DNA of 16,472 nt, taken from contig CAXBPH010000150.1 of the NCBI GenBank assembly GCA_963977445.1, forward strand, positions 1 to 16,472. Direction: 5' to 3'. The position numbers were made by a program, and so were the translations under genes. The notes beneath the pieces are model-generated. The model was not told the DNA's origin and did not search any database. It worked only from the letters and a program-made list of their open reading frames with translations. Within the stretch, counting starts at the first letter, position 1; each line of letters starts with the position of its first letter. Below are positions 1-8,020 of this stretch, piece by piece. Origin of the DNA: an uncultured bacterium. GTDB lineage: Bacteria > Hydrogenedentota > Hydrogenedentia > Hydrogenedentales > JAEUWI01.

Positions 1-231
1 GTTGTGAAGCTCTTTGGTGGCTTCTTCGTAGCGTCCCAAGCGGTAATAGGTGGCTGCGAGGTAGCGCAATATATTGATGCGCTCCTGACCATCGTTCTTC
101 AGGATCTGCAGGTGTTCGAGGGCAAGGCGGTACTCCCACGCGGTATAGAGTTTTTTCGCGAGTCGCCACCGTTGTTCATGATCGTCGGGGTTAGCCTCTA
201 CGTAACGAGCGATGTCCCAAATCTCTGCCAT
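1..231 (-). CDS. Tetratricopeptide-repeat (TPR) protein, N-terminal part; runs off the window edge
   Basis: Not in the ORF track because it has no stop in the window. Manual translation from the ATG at 231: MAEIWDIARYVEANPDDHEQRWRLAKKLYTAWEYRLALEHLQILKNDGQERINILRYLAATYYRLGRYEEATKELHN. It has TPR-like signatures (NPDD..R..LA; YLAATYYRLGRYEEA) and a GGAGG SD just upstream. Confidence 0.85.
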   Translation of the reverse strand, partial: MAEIWDIARYVEANPDDHEQRWRLAKKLYTAWEYRLALEHLQILKNDGQERINILRYLAATYYRLGRYEEATKELHN

Positions 232-275
232 TGTTCCTCCGGCAGTCGTGCGCCCATACTAAAACGGGCATCGAG

Positions 276-599
276 TTACTTTTTCTTTTTCTTTTTTTTC
301 TTCTTCTTCACCGGAACGGGTGTTTCCTCAGAAGGGACAGGTTGTTCCTCCAGAGGCTCTGGTTTCGGATTCTGGTCGACCCTGCGGTCAGCAATCATCC
401 CAAGTATACTGTTTGCGAGCCATGATAAGATAGCCGCAACGAAACCTGCAAGGAAGAACGTCGCTCCGCACCGCGTGGCGATAGGGGTTGAGTCGAGGGT
501 AGCCTGAAATATCATATAGCCAACTGGAAATAGCGATAGTATCCAGGCGACGGCGAAAAATATCCACCCTACGGATTCAAAACGTGATTGGGTTGTCAT
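276..599 (-). CDS. Small two-TM membrane protein with a Pro/Glu linker and a C-terminal K10 tail (hypothetical, 107 aa)
   Basis: The ATG at 599 overlaps the kinase stop (ATGA, 596-599). Two hydrophobic segments (VGWIFFAVAWILSLFPVGYMIF; TFFLAGFVAAILSWLANSILGMI), then ten Lys codons before TAA. Confidence 0.75.
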   Translation of the reverse strand: MTTQSRFESVGWIFFAVAWILSLFPVGYMIFQATLDSTPIATRCGATFFLAGFVAAILSWLANSILGMIADRRVDQNPKPEPLEEQPVPSEETPVPVKKKKKKKKKK

Positions 600-1876
600 G
601 CGAATACATCTCTCTCCAGTTTTTGCTTGACCGCAGGCAGGAGCATGCAAAATGCAGCTCCCCCCAGGTCGCTCTTACGAACTTGCAGCTCTCCGCCATG
701 TTCGAGAATTATTTTCTGGGTTATGGCAAGTCCGAGGCCCGTACCCTTCGCCCCTTTGGTGCTGAAAAAGGGGTCGAATATGCGCGGGAGGATGTCCGGC
801 TCAATCCCCGGACCATTGTCCTCCACGAGAACTTCCAGCATGCCGGGATCACACAATCGCGCTGTAATCTGAATCTGGCCTGCGGTATCGGAGACGGCGT
901 CTGCCGCATTGGTGACAAGATTCAAGAGGCATCGGTGGAGGGACACGGATTCGGCGAATACAGGCCCCTTAAGTTGGTCGGTATTGACCTGAATGTCGAT
1001 TTTCTTCCAGTGCATTATATCGCGAAAGTTTTCGACGACCTCGTCGAGTAGTGGGGGCAACTCGAAATGTTCGCGGTAGGGGATTCGGGGCTTTGAGAAA
1101 CTGAGCATGTCTTGCACAAAGTGGGTAATGCGACGGGTGCTCCGCTTGAACACGGGCCAGGTGCGGTTGAGCACATCCAGATTGTTCTGTGCCAGGCCCA
1201 TTTCAATAAGCTCGGCACTGCTGTTGAGGCCCGAAACAATGTTTTTAGTGTAATGGGAAAGCCCGGTGACGGCCTGTCCGATGGCCGCGAGTCGCTCTGT
1301 CTTTATTTTTTCTTCGACCAGTCGCGCATTGGTGATCGCGGTGGCGGCCAGGCTGGAAAACATCTCCATGACACGCATATCCAGCGTGCTGAAGTGGTCG
1401 CCCTCGATCTTGTTGACGACTTCCAGAACGCCCACCAGTTGGTCTCTATCAAGCATGGGGACGGCCAGGAGATTTCGGGTCTGGAAATTGCTCGTCTCGT
1501 CGGCGGTGCGGTAAAAGCGTTCGTCCCGCTGGGCGTCTTTTACGTTGATGGACTTCCGGCTTAGCGCGGTTGTGCCCGCGATGCCCTGGCCGAGTTTCAG
1601 CCGGACTTCATTCTTGAGCCGCTCCTGATCTCCCGATTCACCCAGCGCGATGTGGAAGTACATATCGCCCCGATTGGCGTCGAAGAGAATAATCGAAGAG
1701 GCCTCGGCCCCGGCGACAATCTGGCTTTCTTCCGTAATGTACTTGAGCAGCGAGTCCAGATCGGTGATGGCGGCAATAAAATTGTGCACCCGATACATAG
1801 CTTCTACCGCACGCCTCATCTCATCTTTTGAGGCGCTGTCCAACCATGGGAGGTGTTCGTGGAGCTCATTGTCCAT
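596..1876 (-). CDS. Cytoplasmic GAF-domain sensor histidine kinase (GAF-HisKA-HATPase_c)
   Basis: GAF motifs (LKLGQGIAG; TRNLLAVPM; GVLEVVNK), H-box LSHYTKN, N-box LLNLVTNAADA, G1 EDNGPGI, F-box IFDPFFSTK, G2 GTGLGL. No TM segment. Confidence 0.95.
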   Translation of the reverse strand: MDNELHEHLPWLDSASKDEMRRAVEAMYRVHNFIAAITDLDSLLKYITEESQIVAGAEASSIILFDANRGDMYFHIALGESGDQERLKNEVRLKLGQGIAGTTALSRKSINVKDAQRDERFYRTADETSNFQTRNLLAVPMLDRDQLVGVLEVVNKIEGDHFSTLDMRVMEMFSSLAATAITNARLVEEKIKTERLAAIGQAVTGLSHYTKNIVSGLNSSAELIEMGLAQNNLDVLNRTWPVFKRSTRRITHFVQDMLSFSKPRIPYREHFELPPLLDEVVENFRDIMHWKKIDIQVNTDQLKGPVFAESVSLHRCLLNLVTNAADAVSDTAGQIQITARLCDPGMLEVLVEDNGPGIEPDILPRIFDPFFSTKGAKGTGLGLAITQKIILEHGGELQVRKSDLGGAAFCMLLPAVKQKLERDVFA

Positions 1877-2879
1877 CCGTCGCGGTGCCTATCGTGTCCA
1901 GTTGGCCGTCAATGACCACTATGGCATGATAGATCACGTCTCCGACAGCCCGCAAACTTCCGGGACACAACTTATCCAGACGGTCCTCGGCGGTGTGCCA
2001 GTTTTTCTTGTGGTCGAGCTGAGAACCGCCATAGCTGAAGTCGATGAGTTCCAGTGCGGGGATAGCCGCCTCACGGAAGGGGATGTGGTCATCTTCGATG
2101 CCTGCGGGAAAACTACCGAAGTGGGCCTCATAATCGTAGCGGGCGGCTGTATTCCACACGATTTCGGAAAGCCAGGGTGGGGCACCACCGTCTTTTGAAA
2201 TGCTCAAATAGCAGTCACCGATCATGTCGACGTTTATGAGGGCATCGATAGTTGCGAGTTCTCCCGTTTCCCGGAGGGTCTTCACCATGTGACGGCTGCC
2301 ATAGAGACTGTCGGTTTTCGACCAATCCGCCTGGGCTTCTTCCCCGTCGAAGAAAACTAGCCACAGGGTTCGTCCGTCGCGCTCTGCTCCGAAGCAACGG
2401 GCCATTTCGAGCATCCAGGCGGTGGTCGAGGCACCGTCATTGGCCCCGACAAAGTCGATATTGGGCAGGTATTTGGTGTCGTAGTGATTGCTGAGTACGA
2501 TGACCCCGGGTCGGGTGCCCCGGACCACACCCCATATATTGACCATGGGGAGGGTGCCCCGAGGCGTCTCGGCATCAAAGTTCTGCTGGCGGGTTTCGAG
2601 ACCGGCCTTCTTCAGCGACCGGAGGATGTATTGCTGCTGGGTGGTCATCGCTTCCGAGCCCGAAGGTCGGGGGCCGAGACCCACAATATGCTCCAGATCG
2701 GCCCAGGCCCGGTCGGCGTCAAAGGGGGATTGGGCGGCAGCAGCGGGGACGCGGGTATTCTCCCGGGGTTTGAATGATTGCTTCAATCCATAGGACATGA
2801 GTATGAGGAAAAGGAGGGTACCCATTCCCAGGAAGACGATTACGCGAATACCGGTATTACCCGCACGGCCATTTTTCAT
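1866..2879 (-). CDS. M28-family Zn enzyme, glutaminyl-peptide cyclotransferase (animal/type II QC)-like, with an N-terminal signal/anchor
   Basis: Motifs HYDTK, [32 protein letters not shown], WHT. Start moved to MKNG (2879), which has an AAGGA SD and is followed by hydrophobic [18 protein letters not shown]. The longer ORF-track start would overlap the divergent aldolase gene. Confidence 0.88.
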   Translation of the reverse strand: [337 protein letters not shown]

Positions 2880-2924
2880 AAGGGGGGAGCTTCCTTTAGC
2901 GCGCGGGTGGCTATCCCGTCGCGG

Positions 2925-2978
2925 TTGCAGTGAATCACGATTAAATAGTACTATACGGCCTATTTTTAAGTACACCAA
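2925..2978. promoter_or_regulatory. Candidate overlapping divergent sigma70-type promoters between the M28 gene and the aldolase gene
   Basis: AT-rich patch. Plus strand: TTGCAG(2925-2930)-N18-TACTAT(2949-2954). Minus strand: TTGGTG(2978-2973)-N17-TATAGT(2955-2950). Confidence 0.35.
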
Positions 2979-2997
2979 GCTATGGGAGCTTTCAAAA

Positions 2998-3954
2998 ATG
3001 TATCGACCGGAGATCAAGATCCTGGATTGCACAATTCGCGATGGCGGGTTGATGAACAACTGGGAATTCGACAAGGCTATGGTTAAGGAGGTCTTCCAGG
3101 GTCTGGTAGACGCTGGCGTGGACTATGTGGAGCTCGGCTATCGGGCCGACAAGAAGCAGTTTTCCACGAAGGACCACGGTCCGTGGCGATTTTGCGACGA
3201 AGCCGACCTCCGCGATGTAGCGTTTGAATGCGATACCAAAATCTCCGTCATGGTGGATGTGGGTCGTACCGACTACGACGCCTTCCTTCCCAAGAGCGAG
3301 TCGATTATTACCATGTTTCGCGTGGCGACTTACGCGAAGGAAGTGGACAAGGCTATTCACCTGGGCAATCACATCAAGAGCCTGGGCTATGAAGTCTGTA
3401 TCAATATCATGGCGGCCTCGCACGTGCTGGAGCCTGATCTGGATGAGGCCCTGGCTCAATTGGCCGGCACCGATTTCGAAGCCATCTATCTCGTCGACAG
3501 TTTCGGCTATTTTTACTCCGAACACATCCACTACCTCGCCGATAAATACATTTCGGGCCTGGGTGGTAAGACGGTTGGTATTCATTGTCACAACAATCAG
3601 CAGCTGGCCTTCGCCAACACCGTGGAAGGCATCATCAAGGGGATTAATTTCCTTGATGGCAGTATCTACGGCATGGGCCGGGCGGCCGGTAATTGCACGA
3701 CCGAGTTGTTGCTTGGATTCCTGAAGAACCCGAAGTACGACATTCGCCCCGTGCTCGCGCTTATCGAAAAATACTTCGAAAGCCTCAAGCAGGAACTGAA
3801 ATGGGGCTACGAGCCGCCTTATCTCGTCACGGGCGTCCTCAATAAGCACCCCCGCACGGCCTTGGCCTATATGGCGTCGACGGCCGCAGGTGATTGTGAC
3901 CCTGACATCATCAAGTTTTACAACGAACATGTGAATGTCGAAGATATCGACTGA
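2998..3954 (+). CDS. DRE-TIM metallolyase, 4-hydroxy-2-oxovalerate aldolase-like catalytic domain protein (318 aa)
   Basis: LDCTIRDGG, YVELGY, YLVDSFG, metal-binding HCHNN, GMGRAAGN and C-terminal WGY. Start at MYRPEIK (2998) with a GGAG SD. Confidence 0.9.
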   Translation: MYRPEIKILDCTIRDGGLMNNWEFDKAMVKEVFQGLVDAGVDYVELGYRADKKQFSTKDHGPWRFCDEADLRDVAFECDTKISVMVDVGRTDYDAFLPKSESIITMFRVATYAKEVDKAIHLGNHIKSLGYEVCINIMAASHVLEPDLDEALAQLAGTDFEAIYLVDSFGYFYSEHIHYLADKYISGLGGKTVGIHCHNNQQLAFANTVEGIIKGINFLDGSIYGMGRAAGNCTTELLLGFLKNPKYDIRPVLALIEKYFESLKQELKWGYEPPYLVTGVLNKHPRTALAYMASTAAGDCDPDIIKFYNEHVNVEDID

Positions 3955-3988
3955 GTTACGTCACCGGATAAATTTCGTCAATGACGAT

Positions 3989-4028
3989 AAAGCGCCCGAA
4001 ACGGTATAGCCCGTTTCAGGCGCTTTTT
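3989..4028. terminator. Bidirectional intrinsic terminator between the convergent aldolase and flagellar transcripts
   Basis: AAAGCGCC-C-GAAACGG / loop TATAGC / CCGTTTC-A-GGCGCTTT. The GC stem is followed by TTTTT on the plus strand and TTTAT on the minus strand. The single plus-strand mismatch is a G-U pair on the minus strand. Confidence 0.85.
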
Positions 4029-4164
4029 GTGTGATGGTCAGGCAGCCGGTCTGTCGGCCACGTATCAGAACTCATTCTGGAGAAGAGACGGGAGGCCCGG
4101 CGGTAGCACAATGGGGAGCGTTCTCTGGTAGCCCAGGACGCCAGCGGCGAAGTCGGTGGTCTGT

Positions 4165-4440
4165 CTATCGGGTTGACTTATTCAGGCGATAGACAAAGGC
4201 CAGCACTTCGGCCACGGCCCGGTAGAGCTCTTCCGGGATGGTGTCGTTTACGTCTATCTTGGCCAGCAACGTGACCAGGTCGGGGTCTTCCTGGACGTGG
4301 ATGCCCTCGGCGGCGGCAATGGCCAGGATGCGGTCCGCAAGAGCGCCCTGACCTTTGGCGACTACTTTGGGTGCGCTGTCTTGTTCGGCCGAGTAGCGGA
4401 TGGCGATGGCACGTTTTCTTCGGGGACGGGCTTCTTTCAT
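4165..4440 (-). CDS. Stand-alone FlhB C-terminal-like protein (EscU/YscU/HrcU family, YlqH-like)
   Basis: AIAIRY..APKVVAKGQG..A.RI...A..EGI.V.ED..L...L..IPEELYRAVAEVLAFVY matches the FlhB-CC pattern. ATGA overlap with the upstream gene. Confidence 0.92.
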   Translation of the reverse strand: MKEARPRRKRAIAIRYSAEQDSAPKVVAKGQGALADRILAIAAAEGIHVQEDPDLVTLLAKIDVNDTIPEELYRAVAEVLAFVYRLNKSTR

Positions 4441-5621
4441 GCTTCGAGATTCAATGCTTTGAAGGGTGCGAGGAGTGCAATAAGGGCGCTTTCCCGGGAG
4501 CCATTCATAAGCGATGCCTGCACTCGGACGTTGGTGTAGCCGAGGGCCGTTAAGGCCGTCTCAAGATCGGTCGCCACGTTCGTGATCTCTTCGACCAGCT
4601 CAGAAGCTGCGGCTTCGATGGTACAAGTACAGCGTTGGCCATGAGCGCTGAGGTCAATCCAGAGCGGCCCGAGTCGCGTCAATTCCAAGTCCAGCACGGT
4701 GCGATGGACTGGGTTTTTCTGTGGGGTAGATTCTCCCTTACTTTCGGAAAAAAGATGCATCTGAAGCCGTTTGAACCCCTGTTTCTCGGTGATTGGCAGT
4801 TCGAGAAACTGGTAAGACTGGTCAAGGGAGCGGAGATTTTGTACGTCGCGCCCCGTGGCCCGTTCCAGGGTGCGGTCGGCGAGGGCCTTGAAGTCGTCGG
4901 CGCTACCATTGCTCCGCAGCCACTGCTGGAACTGCTCATCGGTCATCAGCCGTTTAGTGAGGGTGCGGATGGATTCCTTCAGGTCGGCGAGGGAGGTGCC
5001 CGTTTGCGTTCCACCAAGGCGCTGGGCCAACCGTGCGATGGCTTCCCGCTCGGAACGGGCCCGACGGACGAGGTCCTGCCAGGCGGCCGCATCGGCCAGC
5101 GCGGTGAGGGCAAGCCAGGGGCTGAGTGCGGTGCCCACGTCGGGGCTCAGGACGCCCTGACTCGTCGCGCTGGTGATGAATTGCTGGAGCTGGAGGAGGT
5201 CTTGGCCCGTGCCACGGTCGGACAAGAGCGTTGTGACGAAGGCCTGTATGGTGGCGGCATTGGCGGGCGTCTGGCGGGGCAGGATGGTGGCACCCTGGCG
5301 GGCCAGTTCCGTGCGGCCTTCCGCGCGGAGGAGCGATGCGAGTATGGTGGAAATGGATGGGGATTGGCCTGCCGCGCTGGTCGATTGGGGCCGAATATCG
5401 AGGCGTATGCCATCCCCTTGTCGTTGGACCTGGATCAGAATGCGTTGACCCTCTTCGAGGCCGACACCGGCGTCGAGGGGAATTTGTATCGCGCCGATGG
5501 TGGTGAAGAGGCCCTGGGGTTGGCTCCGAACAACGGCAGCGAAGGTCTTGCCTGGGGGAAGGGCGTTGGCGGCGTCCTGGGAGAGGGCTTGGAAGACAAT
5601 GCCGGTCGTAGGATTCAGCAT
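4437..5621 (-). CDS. FliK-like (flagellar hook-length control C-terminal domain) protein
   Basis: C-terminal FLELPI...VLDLELTRLGPLWIDL...L..AL..LGY is typical of the Flg_hook/T3S4 domain. Coupled to the FlhB-like gene. Confidence 0.7.
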   Translation of the reverse strand: MLNPTTGIVFQALSQDAANALPPGKTFAAVVRSQPQGLFTTIGAIQIPLDAGVGLEEGQRILIQVQRQGDGIRLDIRPQSTSAAGQSPSISTILASLLRAEGRTELARQGATILPRQTPANAATIQAFVTTLLSDRGTGQDLLQLQQFITSATSQGVLSPDVGTALSPWLALTALADAAAWQDLVRRARSEREAIARLAQRLGGTQTGTSLADLKESIRTLTKRLMTDEQFQQWLRSNGSADDFKALADRTLERATGRDVQNLRSLDQSYQFLELPITEKQGFKRLQMHLFSESKGESTPQKNPVHRTVLDLELTRLGPLWIDLSAHGQRCTCTIEAAASELVEEITNVATDLETALTALGYTNVRVQASLMNGSRESALIALLAPFKALNLEA

Positions 5622-5753
5622 GGGAGCGGCGATCCCACGACCCGAAAAAGGCTGGGTGTTTTCTCCTGGGGAGGGCAGAAGATACTCATTGGCGTGCCGC
5701 TCCTTTCCAATTTACGGGAATCGAGTTTTCCGTGTATGACCTGCCCCTGGCTG

Positions 5754-6836
5754 CTACGCGCTGTGGGACCCGCTGGATTGTTTCGCCAGACTGAGCATGA
5801 GGCGTACTTCGCCCTTACCGATGCCCAGTTCTTTGGAGACTTCGGCCACCGTCATGCCGGCCTCGCTATATTCCAGCACCCGTTGCTGCATGGCCTTCGA
5901 GTTACCATTGTCGGGTTCTTCTTCGTCGGCGGTGTGGGTGCCTGGCCTATCTATGGGCATGGAAGCGGAGAGGTCCAGGTGGGAATCCCGCATGTCGGCT
6001 TCCTGGGGCATATTCAAAAGCGCTCGGAAGGCTTCACGAGCCGTATCTCCATTGCTGGCCGACGCTTCTTCGGGCGGTTCCGATGGGGGCTCGGGAAGTA
6101 TATTTCGCTTTATGGGCTCTTTGGGTGTCGTAGCCAGATCCTCGGCCACCCAATGGGTGAAGGAAGCTTTCGTCACGCCTGTGTCCGCCAGCCTGGCGGC
6201 GTCTGCAGGTAGCGGGGCGGCCTGTGGGCGCGCGGCTGGCTGGGGACGCCGCGGTGGCAGAATGTCGGGAAGGGGCTTTCTCGGGGTGTTTCCATTTACG
6301 CCATTGCCAAGACGGCTCGGTGCAGGTTCTACCCGTTGTTGCGGTATGGGGCGCGCGGGCGGAAGGATTTCTTCGGGCCGCGACGGTTCTGGTACCGGTT
6401 CCGGTGGTGGTGGTGGTGGGCGTTCGGTGACTACCGGGCGATTTCGGGTCTGCCCAATCTGGCGAAAAATGGCATCGATCTGGGCCTGAGATTCTTCCAG
6501 CTCGGTGGCGATACGCTGTTGTTTCTCATAGAGCTGTTTGTTTTTTTCCATGCCCTGATTCAGGATGTGTTTCACCTGGCCCATCTTATGTTCCAGCTCT
6601 TCATTGAAGTCTTTGGCAAGTTTCTTCTGCTGGCCGATGATATCCCGCATGGTCTGGAAAAGGATCGTCATATCCGCAATGTCGACCCGGGCCTGGCGCA
6701 GGCGGTCGTCGGCTTTTTTTTCCCGCTGATGGAGCAAATAGAGGAGGCGGGCAGCCGCGCAGAAACAAATCAGCGCAACGGCAAAGAGGGCAATGGCCAC
6801 GGGGCTCTCCATGGCCTGGAGGATCGATTCAACCAT
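5754..6836 (-). CDS. Flagellum-associated membrane protein: N-terminal TM, coiled coil, Pro-rich linker, C-terminal HTH-like domain (DUF6115/SwrB-like)
   Basis: TM AIALFAVALICFCAAARLLYLL, then a heptad-rich region and a low-complexity Pro linker. C-terminus GMTVAEVSKELGIGKGEVRLMLSL. Lies downstream of fliA. Confidence 0.7.
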   Translation of the reverse strand: MVESILQAMESPVAIALFAVALICFCAAARLLYLLHQREKKADDRLRQARVDIADMTILFQTMRDIIGQQKKLAKDFNEELEHKMGQVKHILNQGMEKNKQLYEKQQRIATELEESQAQIDAIFRQIGQTRNRPVVTERPPPPPPEPVPEPSRPEEILPPARPIPQQRVEPAPSRLGNGVNGNTPRKPLPDILPPRRPQPAARPQAAPLPADAARLADTGVTKASFTHWVAEDLATTPKEPIKRNILPEPPSEPPEEASASNGDTAREAFRALLNMPQEADMRDSHLDLSASMPIDRPGTHTADEEEPDNGNSKAMQQRVLEYSEAGMTVAEVSKELGIGKGEVRLMLSLAKQSSGSHSA

Positions 6837-6892
6837 GGTACTGCCCTACTGGCAAGCCACGGTGTCCTTTATATGGTCGAATCAATCGCATG

Positions 6893-7237
6893 CTAAATCT
6901 CTACATCAAAGTCGTGTTCACGGGGGTCGTCGGCCAATACTTCTTTTTCAGACGCATTGTAGAAATGCCTGGCCTTCTGGTTTTCTCCCTCGTGACTTCC
7001 CTGCTCTCGTTTCTTTCGACGGCCCACGAAGGGGTTTCTTCGTTTCAGCTCCCGATTCATCTCATCACTTTTCATCTTGGATTGTTGCACCTGGGTTTCC
7101 AGGTCACGCTGCAAGGTGGCCGAATCCGCCGCGACCCGCGCCTGCGCGGCCAAGGAGGTACGGTCAGCGATCTGCTGGATACGTTCCGCAGCGCTGGTAC
7201 GTACTATTTCGGTCTGGGGGTCGATGGGTTGGGGCAT
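6893..7237 (-). CDS. Hypothetical charged 114-aa protein in the flagellar operon
   Basis: Fits exactly between fliA and the next gene, has a GAAGG SD-like site, is Q/E/R/K-rich, and ends in HDFDVEI. Confidence 0.75.
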   Translation of the reverse strand: MPQPIDPQTEIVRTSAAERIQQIADRTSLAAQARVAADSATLQRDLETQVQQSKMKSDEMNRELKRRNPFVGRRKKREQGSHEGENQKARHFYNASEKEVLADDPREHDFDVEI

Positions 7238-7261
7238 GGGTACCCTTCCCGCGCAGGCGGA

Positions 7262-8020
7262 CTATTCATCTTCGTTGACCGCATTACGCAATTTTTTTAT
7301 CGCGGCGCTGTGAATCTGGCATATCCGAGATTCTGAAACGTCAAGCACCGCACCGATTTCTTTCAGTGTCAGTTCTTCATAGTAATATAAGTTTAACACT
7401 TTCTGCTGCTGATCGGGCAAGTTAAGAATCGCCTGTACGAGGCGTTCCTTGCGCTCCTGAAGTTCCGCCGCCTGGGCCGGGTGGGGCGCCCCGCCGTTTC
7501 CAATCAGATCCATCTTTCGTGATTCGCCGCTATCGTCAGAGGGGAGGTAGTCATCCAGCGAAAGTACCTGGGCCGTCTGCAATTGGGCCATCGTATCTTC
7601 CACGTGCTCTGCGGAGATGCCGACTTCCTCCGCGATGGATTCCATGGAGGGTTCCCGGCCTTCCACGTGGCGGAGTTTTTCCCGGGCGGCACCCACTTTT
7701 CGGGCCATGGTGCGGAGCGAACGGGGCGCCCAATCCAGGGACCGAATCTGGTCAATGATAGCGCCGCGGATTCGGATAGAGGCATAGGTAGAGAATTTTA
7801 TTTCCTGGACGTGGTCATATTTTTCCACGGCATCCATGAGACCAATGCAGCCCCAACCGACGAGGTCATCCATTTCCACATTTTTAGGCACATGGATAGC
7901 CATGCGGCCCGCGATGTACTTCACAATGCGCATGTGATGAAGGATCAACGCATCTCGCGCATCGGAAATGCCTTGTTCCTTGTATTGTTTCCAATAGGCT
8001 TTCTCTTCGTCTTCTGTCAA
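7262..8020 (-). CDS. fliA: RNA polymerase sigma-28 factor (FliA/WhiG family)
   Basis: Region 2 DDLVGWGCIGLMDAVEKYD, KFSTYASIRIRGAIIDQIRSLDWAPRS; region 4 LYYYEELTLKEIGAVLDVSESRICQIH. The TTG start overlaps the fliN stop (TTGA). Confidence 0.95.
   Translation of the reverse strand: MTEDEEKAYWKQYKEQGISDARDALILHHMRIVKYIAGRMAIHVPKNVEMDDLVGWGCIGLMDAVEKYDHVQEIKFSTYASIRIRGAIIDQIRSLDWAPRSLRTMARKVGAAREKLRHVEGREPSMESIAEEVGISAEHVEDTMAQLQTAQVLSLDDYLPSDDSGESRKMDLIGNGGAPHPAQAAELQERKERLVQAILNLPDQQQKVLNLYYYEELTLKEIGAVLDVSESRICQIHSAAIKKLRNAVNEDE

Noticed and set aside
259..299. A_AAA_AAG slippery heptamer in the poly-Lys tract. The -1 frame equals the TPR gene frame, suggesting a programmed fusion.
   Set aside because: The -1 frame meets a TAG at 261-259 before reaching the TPR ATG at 231, so no fusion is possible without readthrough.
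2992..3930. 312-aa minus-strand ORF
   Set aside because: It is the antisense shadow of the aldolase gene. The same applies to 4..507, 15413..16174 and the other short overlapping ORFs.
5685..5714. Sigma-28 promoter upstream of the FliK-like gene (TAAA...GCCAATGA on the minus strand)
   Set aside because: The spacer is 17 nt rather than about 15, and the -10 has two mismatches to GCCGATAA. Too weak to call.
4635..6212. 525-aa plus-strand ORF
   Set aside because: It is antisense to two well-supported minus-strand genes, has no recognisable motifs, and is a typical shadow ORF in GC-rich DNA.
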